From NCBI RefSeq assembly GCF_022771645.1, contig NZ_JALFCU010000080.1, positions 26,495 through 90,494 on the forward strand: a DNA stretch of 64,000 nucleotides. The letters run 5' to 3'. The notes under the pieces were generated by a model that was given only the letters and a program-made list of their open reading frames with translations, did not search any database and was not told the DNA's origin. Of this stretch, positions 24,593-32,369 are shown one piece after another (the first letter of the stretch is position 1; each line of letters starts with the position of its first letter). The position numbers were made by a program, and so were the translations under genes. This DNA is from Selenomonas sp. GTDB lineage: Bacteria > Bacillota > Negativicutes > Selenomonadales > Selenomonadaceae.

Positions 24593-26296
24593 ATGCTCCG
24601 CTTCCGCGATCTCTCGCTCGCCAAGCGCATCTTCACGACGAATTTCCTCATGGTCTTCATCCCGGCGCTGCTGCTCTTCGTCGCGGGCGCGGCGCTCCTC
24701 GGCGCGCTGCGGCTCGCGGGGACGGCGCAGCAGAACGAGTTCGCCGCGTTCTTCCCGACGCAGGGACCGGCGCTCTCGATCCAGTACGCGATCGACGAGC
24801 TGCGCTACGAGGCCGACCACCACAAGACGCCGCGCCTGAAATCATTCGAAGACCCGATCGCCATCCTCGAGAACGCGGGCATCGCCGTCTCGATCGCGTC
24901 AAAGGACGGCACGCTCTACGTGACGCCCGGCACGAGCGCCGAGGAGCTCCAAAACCGCGCGCTGCCGAAAGACACGCTGCTGCACCATGGACCGATGATG
25001 ATGGACGGTGCGCCGGCGGCTGCGCCGAGCCCTGCGCCCTCCGGCCACCACGACGGCGCGCCTAGGATGCACCACCATGACAGCGCCCCCGCCGTCCTGC
25101 CGGAAAACGAGCGGCCGCAGGACGACGAGGCCGAGCAGCTGCTCTGGACGCGCGACGGGCTGTATTTCGCCTACACGTCGCCCGTGACGGGCACGACGAT
25201 CCGCGCGGCTGGCGCGCTGCCGTTCCTCGCGCAGGAGCGGCTGACGGAGGGGCCGGCGAAACACCTCATCGAGGCGCTGCTGCTCGTCATCGTCGGCTCG
25301 GCCATCCTCTTCATCCTGTGCCTCGGCCTCTACCTGTCGCGCCTGCTGTCCGAGCAGATCCTCGAGCCGCTCGGCGCGCTGCGTGCGGCGTCGGCGCGCA
25401 TCCAGGGCGGCGACCTCGACACGCCGATGGCGGCCGCCGCCATGCGCGGCGACGAGATGGGCGCGGCGTGCCGCGACTTCGACGCGATGCGCGCCGAGCT
25501 CCGCACGGCCCGCGACGAGCGCCTGCGCTACGACGCGCAGCGCAAGGAGCTCATCGCCGGCATCTCGCACGACCTCGCGACGCCGCTGACGCTGCTCAAG
25601 GGCTACGCCGACGGCCTGCTCGCCGGCCTCGCCGCAACGGAGGAACGGCGTGCACAGTACGCCCAGCGCATCTACGGCGCGGCCTGCACGATGGAACGCC
25701 TCGTGAACAACCTGCGCACGTTCTCGCGCCTCGAGCTCGGCCGCCTGCCGCTGCATCCAGAATCCATCGCGCTCGTGCCATATTTCGAAGACTGTATCGC
25801 CGAGCAAAAAGACGCACTCGCCGACCGCGGCCTCGTCGTGACGCTCGACACATCAAAGGCGGATGCGACCGCCACGGCGAGCATCGACCGCGACGCCTTC
25901 GCCCGCGTCATCGACAACATCTTCGGCAACGCCATCAAGTACAAAGAAACGCCGACCGTCGCGATGGATGTCACAGTCACGACGGAGCGTGCGGATGTCA
26001 ATCGTATGGAACATAACAACGCGGACGGAGCGACGCCCGCCGCAGGAACGGGCGTCATCCGCATCGCCTTCGCCGACCACGGCCCCGGCGTGCCGCCCGC
26101 CGCGCTGCCGCATCTCTTCGAGCTTTTCTACCGCACGGACGCTGCCCGCACGGACACGAAGAAAGGCAGCGGCCTCGGCCTCGCCATCTGCCGTGAGATT
26201 GTGACGGGGCTCGGGGGAGAGATTGCTGCGAGCGAAACGGACGGCGGCGGGCTGACGATCACGATCGAACTTCCGCGTTTGGAGGAAACCGCATGA
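24593..26296 (+). CDS. Sensor histidine kinase (2 TM, His/Met-rich extracytoplasmic loop, HAMP, HisKA, HATPase)
   Basis: H-box is ELIAGISHDLATPLT, N-box is DNIFGNAIKY, G-boxes are FADHGPGV and GSGLGLAICREIV. Start trimmed to the ATG at 24593, 7 nt after AAGGGGGA. Confidence 0.85.
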   Translation: MLRFRDLSLAKRIFTTNFLMVFIPALLLFVAGAALLGALRLAGTAQQNEFAAFFPTQGPALSIQYAIDELRYEADHHKTPRLKSFEDPIAILENAGIAVSIASKDGTLYVTPGTSAEELQNRALPKDTLLHHGPMMMDGAPAAAPSPAPSGHHDGAPRMHHHDSAPAVLPENERPQDDEAEQLLWTRDGLYFAYTSPVTGTTIRAAGALPFLAQERLTEGPAKHLIEALLLVIVGSAILFILCLGLYLSRLLSEQILEPLGALRAASARIQGGDLDTPMAAAAMRGDEMGAACRDFDAMRAELRTARDERLRYDAQRKELIAGISHDLATPLTLLKGYADGLLAGLAATEERRAQYAQRIYGAACTMERLVNNLRTFSRLELGRLPLHPESIALVPYFEDCIAEQKDALADRGLVVTLDTSKADATATASIDRDAFARVIDNIFGNAIKYKETPTVAMDVTVTTERADVNRMEHNNADGATPAAGTGVIRIAFADHGPGVPPAALPHLFELFYRTDAARTDTKKGSGLGLAICREIVTGLGGEIAASETDGGGLTITIELPRLEETA

Positions 26297-27093
26297 AACA
26301 CATCCTGATCATCGAAGACAACATCGAAATCGCCGAGCTCGAGCGCGATTTTCTCGAGGCGGCGGACTTCGCCGTGACCATCGCGCCGGACGGCGAGCAG
26401 GGGCTCGCGGCGCTACGCGCGGACGGCGCGGACTTCGCGCTCGTCGTGCTCGACATCATGCTCCCAGGCCGCGACGGCTTTGCCATCTGCCGCGACATCC
26501 GTGGCCAGAGCGAGGTGCCGATCCTCATCGTCTCGGCGAAGGGCGAGGACATCGACAAGATCCGCGGCCTCGGCCTCGGCGCGGACGACTACCTCACGAA
26601 GCCGTTCTCCCCCGGCGAGCTCGTCGCCCGCGTCCAGTCGCACATCAAACGCTACGAGCGCGTGCGGCGGTCGGGCGCGGCAGAAGCAACAGCGAATGCG
26701 GCCGACGCATCGCAGCTGCAAGCACCAGCCGGCAACGGCACGCCAACCGCAGCCGCGACGGCGAGCGCCGACGGCATCCCTGCCCCGCACGCGAAGGATA
26801 TCGTGCGCGGCGCGCTCCGCATCGACCCGCTCGGTCACCGCGTGTTCCTCGCGCAAAAAGAGCTCGCACTCCCGAACAAAGAGTACGAGCTCCTGACGTT
26901 CCTCGCCGAGCATCCCGGCATCGTCTTTTCAAAAGAACAGCTGTTCGAGCGCGTCTGGGGCCTCGACGCCGTCGGCGACACGGCGACCGTCATGGTCCAC
27001 GTCAACCGCATCCGCAGCCGCATCGAACCCGACCCGGCGCACCCGATTTATATCGAGACCGTCTGGGGCGCGGGCTACCGCTTCCGAGGATGA
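26293..27093 (+). CDS. OmpR-family response regulator with an unusually long Ala/Thr-rich interdomain linker
   Basis: The receiver domain is MKHILIIEDN...VLDIMLPGRDG...SAKGEDIDK. The C-terminal winged helix is VHVNRIRSRIE...IETVWGAGYRF. The start overlaps the kinase stop (ATGA). Confidence 0.9.
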   Translation: MKHILIIEDNIEIAELERDFLEAADFAVTIAPDGEQGLAALRADGADFALVVLDIMLPGRDGFAICRDIRGQSEVPILIVSAKGEDIDKIRGLGLGADDYLTKPFSPGELVARVQSHIKRYERVRRSGAAEATANAADASQLQAPAGNGTPTAAATASADGIPAPHAKDIVRGALRIDPLGHRVFLAQKELALPNKEYELLTFLAEHPGIVFSKEQLFERVWGLDAVGDTATVMVHVNRIRSRIEPDPAHPIYIETVWGAGYRFRG

Positions 27094-27138
27094 AAGAAAA
27101 ACTTTGCAAAACGACTCATGAAGTGCTATACTGTAAAC

Positions 27139-27220
27139 ACAAGTGAAAACAGCGTGACATGTATGTTCACCGACAAGAAAAGGCCCTCGCGGATTTCGTC
27201 ACCCGCGAGGGTCTTTTCTT
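27139..27220 (+). ncRNA. Candidate antitoxin sRNA 2, convergent with toxin ORF 2 (about 80 nt)
   Basis: Promoter is TTGCAA (27104-27109), 17 nt, TATACT (27127-27132). It ends at the shared bidirectional terminator GGCCCTCGCGG..CCGCGAGGGTC plus TTTT (27182-27217). Positions 27143-27171 are a near-direct repeat of 27330-27356 (toxin SD, ATG, first codons), so they are antisense to the toxin mRNA; most differences are G-U compatible. Confidence 0.5.
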
Positions 27221-27262
27221 GTGTCATTGGTTCGTCAGGCCAAGAGGACACGCTGCCGATTT

Positions 27263-27346
27263 TTAACGGCGGATAGCGTCGTAAATCGCCGCAGCAATCA
27301 AGCTGGCGACAATCCCGACAATCAAGTTTGTGAAAACAACGGACAT
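27263..27346 (-). CDS. 27-aa hydrophobic peptide, Fst-like type I toxin candidate
   Basis: Nested in spurious track ORF 27263..27505. GGGAGGTG lies 6 nt upstream of ATG (27344-27346). The peptide is MSVVFTNLIVGIVASLIAAAIYDAIRR. In the 5' UTR, GTTCACCT can pair with AGGTGAAC to sequester the SD. A terminator lies directly downstream. Confidence 0.6.
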   Translation of the reverse strand: MSVVFTNLIVGIVASLIAAAIYDAIRR

Positions 27347-27423
27347 ACAGTTCACCTCCCTTCTATAACGTGAAGGTGAACACGGTACGGCAGCAAGAAA
27401 AGTATAGCACATCCGCCTAAAAT

Positions 27424-28596
27424 TTACGAATGTTTCATGTGTTTTCGGAAGCCCTTGTCCGTCGCCACATGCCGCCCCATTGCGGCGATCCGCCCGCCCA
27501 TGCACGCGCGGCAGTCGGCCGGCGTATCAGCGACGCAGATTTTCCCCGGATACAGCGCGTATTTGCGGCGGTAGTCGCCCTCGGTGACGTTCGGCATGAC
27601 GACGTTCGCGCCGGAGGCGAGGACGAGCTCGCGGCCTCTAGGCATCATCGTCTCCATCGCCGTCGTCGCGGGGATGTTCGCCTCGGGGAGCAGCAGCCGG
27701 AGGAGCGCGACCATGCGGCGCGTGAGATGCCAGTCGCCGGGCGCTGCCTTCCCGAGCGGCGTGTCGCCGTTCGGGATGAGCGGGCCGATGCCGATCATGT
27801 CGGCGTCGATTTCTTGATAGAATAAAATGTCGCGCGCGAGCATCTCGACCGTCTGCCCCGGCAGGCCGATGAGCGAGCCCGTGCCGACCTCATAGCCAAG
27901 GTCTTTGAGGTCTCGCAGGCAGCGCACGCGGTTCTCGTAGCTCATGCCGGGGTCGAGGCGTTCGTAGAGCTCCGCATTCGTCGTCTCGATGCGCAGGAGG
28001 TAGCGGTCGGCGCCCGCCGCCCGCCAGAGCGCGTAGTCCTCGCGCGGCCGCTCGCCGACGGAGAGCGTGATGGCGAGGTCCAGCGCATGGATGCGTCGGA
28101 CGATCTCCGCGAGGCGCTCCGCCGTGAAATGCGCGTCCTCGCCCGACTGCAGCACGACTGTGCGGTAGCCGTAGCCCTTCGCCTTTTCCGCGAGCGTCAC
28201 GATGTCGTCTGCCGTCAGGCGATAGCGCTCGATCTTGCCGTTGTCCCGCCGCAGACCGCAGTACATGCAGTCCTGGCGGCAGATATTCGAGAACTCGATA
28301 AGGCCGCGCAGGTGGACGCCGTCGCCGACGAACTGCTTGCGGACGGCGTCGGCGGCCGCGCAAAGAAGCTCCTCGCAGGCATCGTCTGCGAGGAGCTTTG
28401 TGATTTCGCTGAAGGTGAGGTGGTGCGTTTCGGCGGCCTGTTGGATCAGGGCACTCTCTTCGATGGGAAAATCCTGCGAATTGCTATGACCTACCTTCGA
28501 CACACCCCCCACCGCTGACGCGGTCCGCCCCCCCACGGAGAGGGGGGCTGTGTACACGGAAGGCTTCGTTCCTTTCGAAAGTTCATGCGTTGACAT
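27424..28596 (-). CDS. hydE: [FeFe]-hydrogenase H-cluster radical-SAM maturase HydE
   Basis: LRGLIEFSNICRQDCMYCGLRRDN...VVLQSGED...RYLLRIETTN...GSLIGLPGQT...IGIGPLIPNGDTPL matches the HydE pattern. The start is uncertain; I used the ATG at 28596, the first ATG downstream of the upstream gene's stop. Confidence 0.7.
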   Translation of the reverse strand: MSTHELSKGTKPSVYTAPLSVGGRTASAVGGVSKVGHSNSQDFPIEESALIQQAAETHHLTFSEITKLLADDACEELLCAAADAVRKQFVGDGVHLRGLIEFSNICRQDCMYCGLRRDNGKIERYRLTADDIVTLAEKAKGYGYRTVVLQSGEDAHFTAERLAEIVRRIHALDLAITLSVGERPREDYALWRAAGADRYLLRIETTNAELYERLDPGMSYENRVRCLRDLKDLGYEVGTGSLIGLPGQTVEMLARDILFYQEIDADMIGIGPLIPNGDTPLGKAAPGDWHLTRRMVALLRLLLPEANIPATTAMETMMPRGRELVLASGANVVMPNVTEGDYRRKYALYPGKICVADTPADCRACMGGRIAAMGRHVATDKGFRKHMKHS

Positions 28597-28601
28597 TACG
28601 T

Positions 28602-29159
28602 TTACTCTCCGTCCGCGATTTTTGCTTCCGTCCGCGCGAGGAGCTTGTCCGCGTGCTGGTCGGCATATTTGAGGATCGCGCGGAAGAAGCAGCCGTCGAC
28701 GTCTTTTTCCGAGAGATCGTCCAATTTGATCGTCGTGGGCTCGGTCTCCGTGTGGATGGCCGTCCACGTACCATCGAGGTCGTCATGCTGCTCGATCGTC
28801 ACCGTGCCGGCCGCGCGGTCGATGCGCAGGTACTCCGCCGCGCCGACAAGGTCGTCGTAGCCGTCGAGCGGCTCCATCTTCCAGCGGCGCTTCGCAACGA
28901 CGTCCTCAATCTGCACGTCGTCGTACGTCTTGAGCGTCGGCACGATCAGCACGTTCTCGTCAGCCTTGCCGTCGACGATGTCGTAGCACATCTGCCGCTT
29001 GTTGAAATAATAATTCTGCCGCGCCGTCGACTGCACCCATTCAAATACGTGTGATGACACGGCCGGCGCGTCTGCGGATGCCGGCGCGGTCCAAAAGAGC
29101 GAGCAGGCAATCATCCCCGCCGCCATCGTGCCGAGCAAACGCAACGTAAAATTTTTCAT
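28602..29159 (-). CDS. Secreted hypothetical protein
   Basis: Signal peptide is MKNFTLRLLGTMAAGMIACSLFWTAPASA/DA. I recognise no motif in the rest. Confidence 0.55.
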   Translation of the reverse strand: MKNFTLRLLGTMAAGMIACSLFWTAPASADAPAVSSHVFEWVQSTARQNYYFNKRQMCYDIVDGKADENVLIVPTLKTYDDVQIEDVVAKRRWKMEPLDGYDDLVGAAEYLRIDRAAGTVTIEQHDDLDGTWTAIHTETEPTTIKLDDLSEKDVDGCFFRAILKYADQHADKLLARTEAKIADGE

Positions 29160-29230
29160 GAGAAATATCTCTCCCTATCCCTTTTTCCGCTTCACTTTAT
29201 CAAAATCAAGTGAAAGCTTTCTGCAAAGCA

Positions 29231-29392
29231 GGGATGCAGCGATGAAACGAGTCCATCCAGATTGCCGCAGATTTTTCGTCCAATCAAGGAGTCAAACCGC
29301 AAGGCGTAGCAGAGCTACGTCGAGGATTTGACGACGCAGAGTGGGCGGAAAAGATGCCGCAAGATGGTTGGACGACTTCATCGCTGCATCCC
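29231..29392. other. Long imperfect palindrome/extended hairpin (about 160 nt) abutting the metA stop
   Basis: The 16-bp perfect closing stem is GGGATGCAGCGATGAA / TTCATCGCTGCATCCC. The arms continue to about 50 nt with two symmetric GA-opposite-GA mismatches. Inner stems are GTCAAA/TTTGAC and CGTAGCagaGCTACG. Confidence 0.5.
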
Positions 29393-29393
29393 G

Positions 29394-30329
29394 TCAGTCG
29401 TCCCTGTCCCCGTTGATTGCGTCAATCTCGTACGGCGTCTCCTGATAGACGTAGTAGTTCAGCCAGTTCGCGAACAGCAGGTGCGCGACGCTCCTCCAAC
29501 GGACGATGGGCTTTTTCGTCGGGTCGTCGCCCGGGTAATAGTTCACAGGGACGTTCGGATGGAGGCCGGCTTTCGCGTCACGGTCGTACTCCTGCTTCAG
29601 CGTCGTCGGGTCGTACTCCGCATGGCCCGTGATGAAGAACTGCCGCTTTTCGAGGTTCGCGATGATGTAGGGGCCGGCAGGCTGTTCGGCCTCCGCGAGG
29701 ATCGTGAGCTCCGGCACGGCGAGGATGTCCTCTTTGTGCTCCTCCGTGTGGCGCGAATGCGGCACATAGAAGATGTCATCGAAGCCGCGCAGCAGTTTTT
29801 CGTGCTCCACGCAGAGGTGATGTTCGAACACGCCGAAGATTTTTTCCGGCACCTGGTATTTCGGAACGCCATAGTGGTAGTACAGCCCCGCCTGTGCACC
29901 CCAGCAGATGTGGAACGTCGAGTAGACGTGCGACTTCGACCACTCCATGATCTCCGCGACCTCGTCCCAGTACGCGACCTCCTCGAACGCCATGTCCTCG
30001 ACGGGCGCGCCCGTGATGATCATGCCATCGTACTTCTTGTGCCGCACCTCTTCGAACGTGCCGTAGAATTGCGCGAGGTAATCGGCGGGCGTGTGGCTCG
30101 GCACATACGACTCCGTGTAGATGAGGTCGACCTCGACCTGGATCGGGCTGTTGCCGAGGAGGCGCATGAGCTGCGTCTCCGTGATGTACTTGATCGGCAT
30201 GAGGTTGAGGATGAGGATCTTCAGCGGGCGGATGTCCTGCGCATACGCGCGGTCCGCATCCATGACGAACAGGTTCTCCCCCTCGAGGATGTGGGTCGCG
30301 GGCAGCGCGGCAGGCAGCTTGATTGGCAT
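29394..30329 (-). CDS. metA: Homoserine O-acyltransferase (MetA family)
   Basis: [23 protein letters not shown]...[24 protein letters not shown]...FHICWGAQA is canonical MetA. Confidence 0.9.
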   Translation of the reverse strand: MPIKLPAALPATHILEGENLFVMDADRAYAQDIRPLKILILNLMPIKYITETQLMRLLGNSPIQVEVDLIYTESYVPSHTPADYLAQFYGTFEEVRHKKYDGMIITGAPVEDMAFEEVAYWDEVAEIMEWSKSHVYSTFHICWGAQAGLYYHYGVPKYQVPEKIFGVFEHHLCVEHEKLLRGFDDIFYVPHSRHTEEHKEDILAVPELTILAEAEQPAGPYIIANLEKRQFFITGHAEYDPTTLKQEYDRDAKAGLHPNVPVNYYPGDDPTKKPIVRWRSVAHLLFANWLNYYVYQETPYEIDAINGDRDD

Positions 30330-30344
30330 GGAAAAACCTCCCGG

Positions 30345-30403
30345 AAAAGCGGCGGCGCATCGGCCGCCGCGAGACGTTCACATTGCAAATTGCCGTCATT
30401 ATA
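30345..30403 (-). promoter_or_regulatory. metA promoter (-10 TATAAT at 30398-30403) and short leader with a terminator-like hairpin
   Basis: Minus strand reads TGTGATATAAT, then about 30 nt, then GCGGCGGCcgatGCGCCGCCGC plus TTTTCC immediately before SD GGGAGG. Confidence 0.45.
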
Positions 30404-30407
30404 TCAC

Positions 30408-30444
30408 AAAAAAGAAGCCGTTGCACCCTGCGGGGAACGGCTTC
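30408..30444 (-). terminator. Rho-independent terminator ending the Ter biosynthetic operon
   Basis: Minus strand has GAAGCCGTT..AACGGCTTC followed by TTTTTTGTG. Confidence 0.7.
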
Positions 30445-30475
30445 TTTGCGTGTGCGGGACAAAACAGGCAACGGC

Positions 30476-31297
30476 TCACGCGCGCGCGATCGCGTCGAGC
30501 ACTCGTTCGAGCGTCCACTCGGCGAAGCGGGCGGCGCGGGCGTCCGGTTCGCGGAACGTCTCTGCACCGGGCTGTGCGAGGCCCGGCAGCGTGAAGGCGC
30601 GGCCGGCGGCGGCGAGGAGCGGCGCGTCCATGGCGCTGTCGCCGGCGGCGAGGACGAGCGTCGCGCCCGTGCGCGCGCGGAGGCGGGCGAGGGCGCTGCC
30701 CTTGTCGAGGCCGCGCGGCAGGACATAGAGCTTGCGGCCCGAAGCCGCGATGGGGAGCGCCGTCTCCGTCGCGACCTCGGCGGCGAGCGCCGCGCAGCGG
30801 TCGTCGTCTTCCGGGCGCAGGAAGAGGTACGCGTCATCGACCATGCGGCAGATGCGGTAGCGCGCGTCGTCCGCGTGCGCGGCGCAGAGGGCGAGGAGCT
30901 CGTCGTGCGCGGCGGCGAGGACGGGGCGCAGCGCGTCGTCCCACGCAGTATCGCGCACGAAGCTGCCGCTCCTGTCCGCACTCGCTGCACCGCCGCCCGA
31001 TGCGTTGCCGTCCGTCGGGCGCGTCAGGAGCACCGCGCCGTTCGTCGTGACGGCGAGGCGCGGCTGGCAGCCCTGCGGCCAGCGGATGCGCTCATACTGC
31101 GCGACGGAGCGCGTCGTGACGGGGACGAACGTCGCACGCGCTGCGACGATGCGCAGGAGCTCGATCGTGCGCGGGCTGAAAAATCCTTGTTCTTCGCCGT
31201 CGAGCCATTCGACGCAGACGTCGCCGGGCGCGGCGTGGCGGTGGGAGAAGAGCAGCGTGTTGTCGAGGTCGCTCGCGAAAAGGATGCGCTTTTGCAT
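30476..31297 (-). CDS. HAD-superfamily phosphatase (Ter-associated biosynthetic module)
   Basis: MQKRILFASDLDNTLLFS is the DxDxT motif, and the C-terminal LAAGDSAMDAPLL is the HAD motif IV region. Confidence 0.8.
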   Translation of the reverse strand: MQKRILFASDLDNTLLFSHRHAAPGDVCVEWLDGEEQGFFSPRTIELLRIVAARATFVPVTTRSVAQYERIRWPQGCQPRLAVTTNGAVLLTRPTDGNASGGGAASADRSGSFVRDTAWDDALRPVLAAAHDELLALCAAHADDARYRICRMVDDAYLFLRPEDDDRCAALAAEVATETALPIAASGRKLYVLPRGLDKGSALARLRARTGATLVLAAGDSAMDAPLLAAAGRAFTLPGLAQPGAETFREPDARAARFAEWTLERVLDAIARA

Positions 31298-31313
31298 GAA
31301 TCCTCCTCCCGCT

Positions 31314-32369
31314 TCAGGCGTCGGCGAGCGCGCGGATGATGCCGCATGCGCGGTAGTTCGTGAGCGGATAGGCCTCGACCGGCACGCCCTTTTCCTTTGC
31401 GAGCTGGTAGATGTGGCCGAGGTGCTCCATGTCGTCCATGCTGTGCACGAGGATTTTCCACGGCACGCGGCGCAGCAGCACGCGCGTCGCCTCGCCGATG
31501 CCGGGCTTCACGAGGTTGATGTCGCGCACGCCGAAGTGCGCGGCGATGCGGCGGACTTCGGCGAGGCCCGTGCCGCGCGGGCACGCCTCCTCGAGCGGCG
31601 GGAGCTCCGCCGGCAGCGCGGCCTCGATGGCGTCGAGGAACGCATACGTCATGTCGTGCGGCGCGAGCTCTTTGTAAAAGACCGCGCCATGGAAGTCACA
31701 GGGCCCGATGATGTCCCGCCGCAGGAACGTGCGCGAGAGGAGGCCGGAGACCGTGGAGTTCAGGCACGAGCTCGCGATGAGGAAATCTTCGTGCGTGCCG
31801 CAGATGCCGGCGACGCACGCGGGGTCGGAGAGCACGGCGAGCGCGGGGCTGACGCCGGGGTAGTCCTCCATCGCCTCATCGAGCTGGCGCGCGATTGCGC
31901 CCTTTCCCGTCCAGCCGTCGACGAACTGGATGTTCTCCGGCGCGTGACGCGCGAGGATGTAGCGCATGGCGACATGGTCGATGCCGACGCCGCGGATGAT
32001 GGAAATCGTGTAGTGCGGCACAAGGGCGTGATGGCGGCGCGCGAGCTCGTGCTTCAGCAGGATGCCGATGGGCGTGCCGGCGCGCGCGAGCGAGACGAGC
32101 ACGGCATTTTCGCCTTTCGCCTGCCAGATGTTTTCCGCCGCAACGGCGACGGCGCGCGCCGTGACGGCGGCGTAACGCGCGAGCGCGTCTTCGTAGGCCG
32201 CGAGGTACGCCGGGCTCGGCCGGTACTCGATGGGGAGCATCTCACAGTAGTGGCGGCCGCGCTGGATCTCGCGCTCGCGCGCCTCGGTGCTCATGGGCTC
32301 AACGAGCCCCGTGATGTCTTTGAGGAGGACGGTCACGTCCTCGGGGCGGTACGTTCCAAAGGGTTTCAT
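31314..32369 (-). CDS. StiP-family / PRTase_1-type phosphoribosyltransferase-like protein (Ter-associated)
   Basis: The N-terminus GTYRPEDVTVLLKDI...EAREREIQRGRHYCEMLPIEYRPSPAY resembles the StiP/PRTase_1 signature (SY.PeDV.FLLK..KE..IQsG.HYSEML). The gene is coupled to its neighbours by ATGA overlaps. Confidence 0.65.
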   Translation of the reverse strand: MKPFGTYRPEDVTVLLKDITGLVEPMSTEAREREIQRGRHYCEMLPIEYRPSPAYLAAYEDALARYAAVTARAVAVAAENIWQAKGENAVLVSLARAGTPIGILLKHELARRHHALVPHYTISIIRGVGIDHVAMRYILARHAPENIQFVDGWTGKGAIARQLDEAMEDYPGVSPALAVLSDPACVAGICGTHEDFLIASSCLNSTVSGLLSRTFLRRDIIGPCDFHGAVFYKELAPHDMTYAFLDAIEAALPAELPPLEEACPRGTGLAEVRRIAAHFGVRDINLVKPGIGEATRVLLRRVPWKILVHSMDDMEHLGHIYQLAKEKGVPVEAYPLTNYRACGIIRALADA

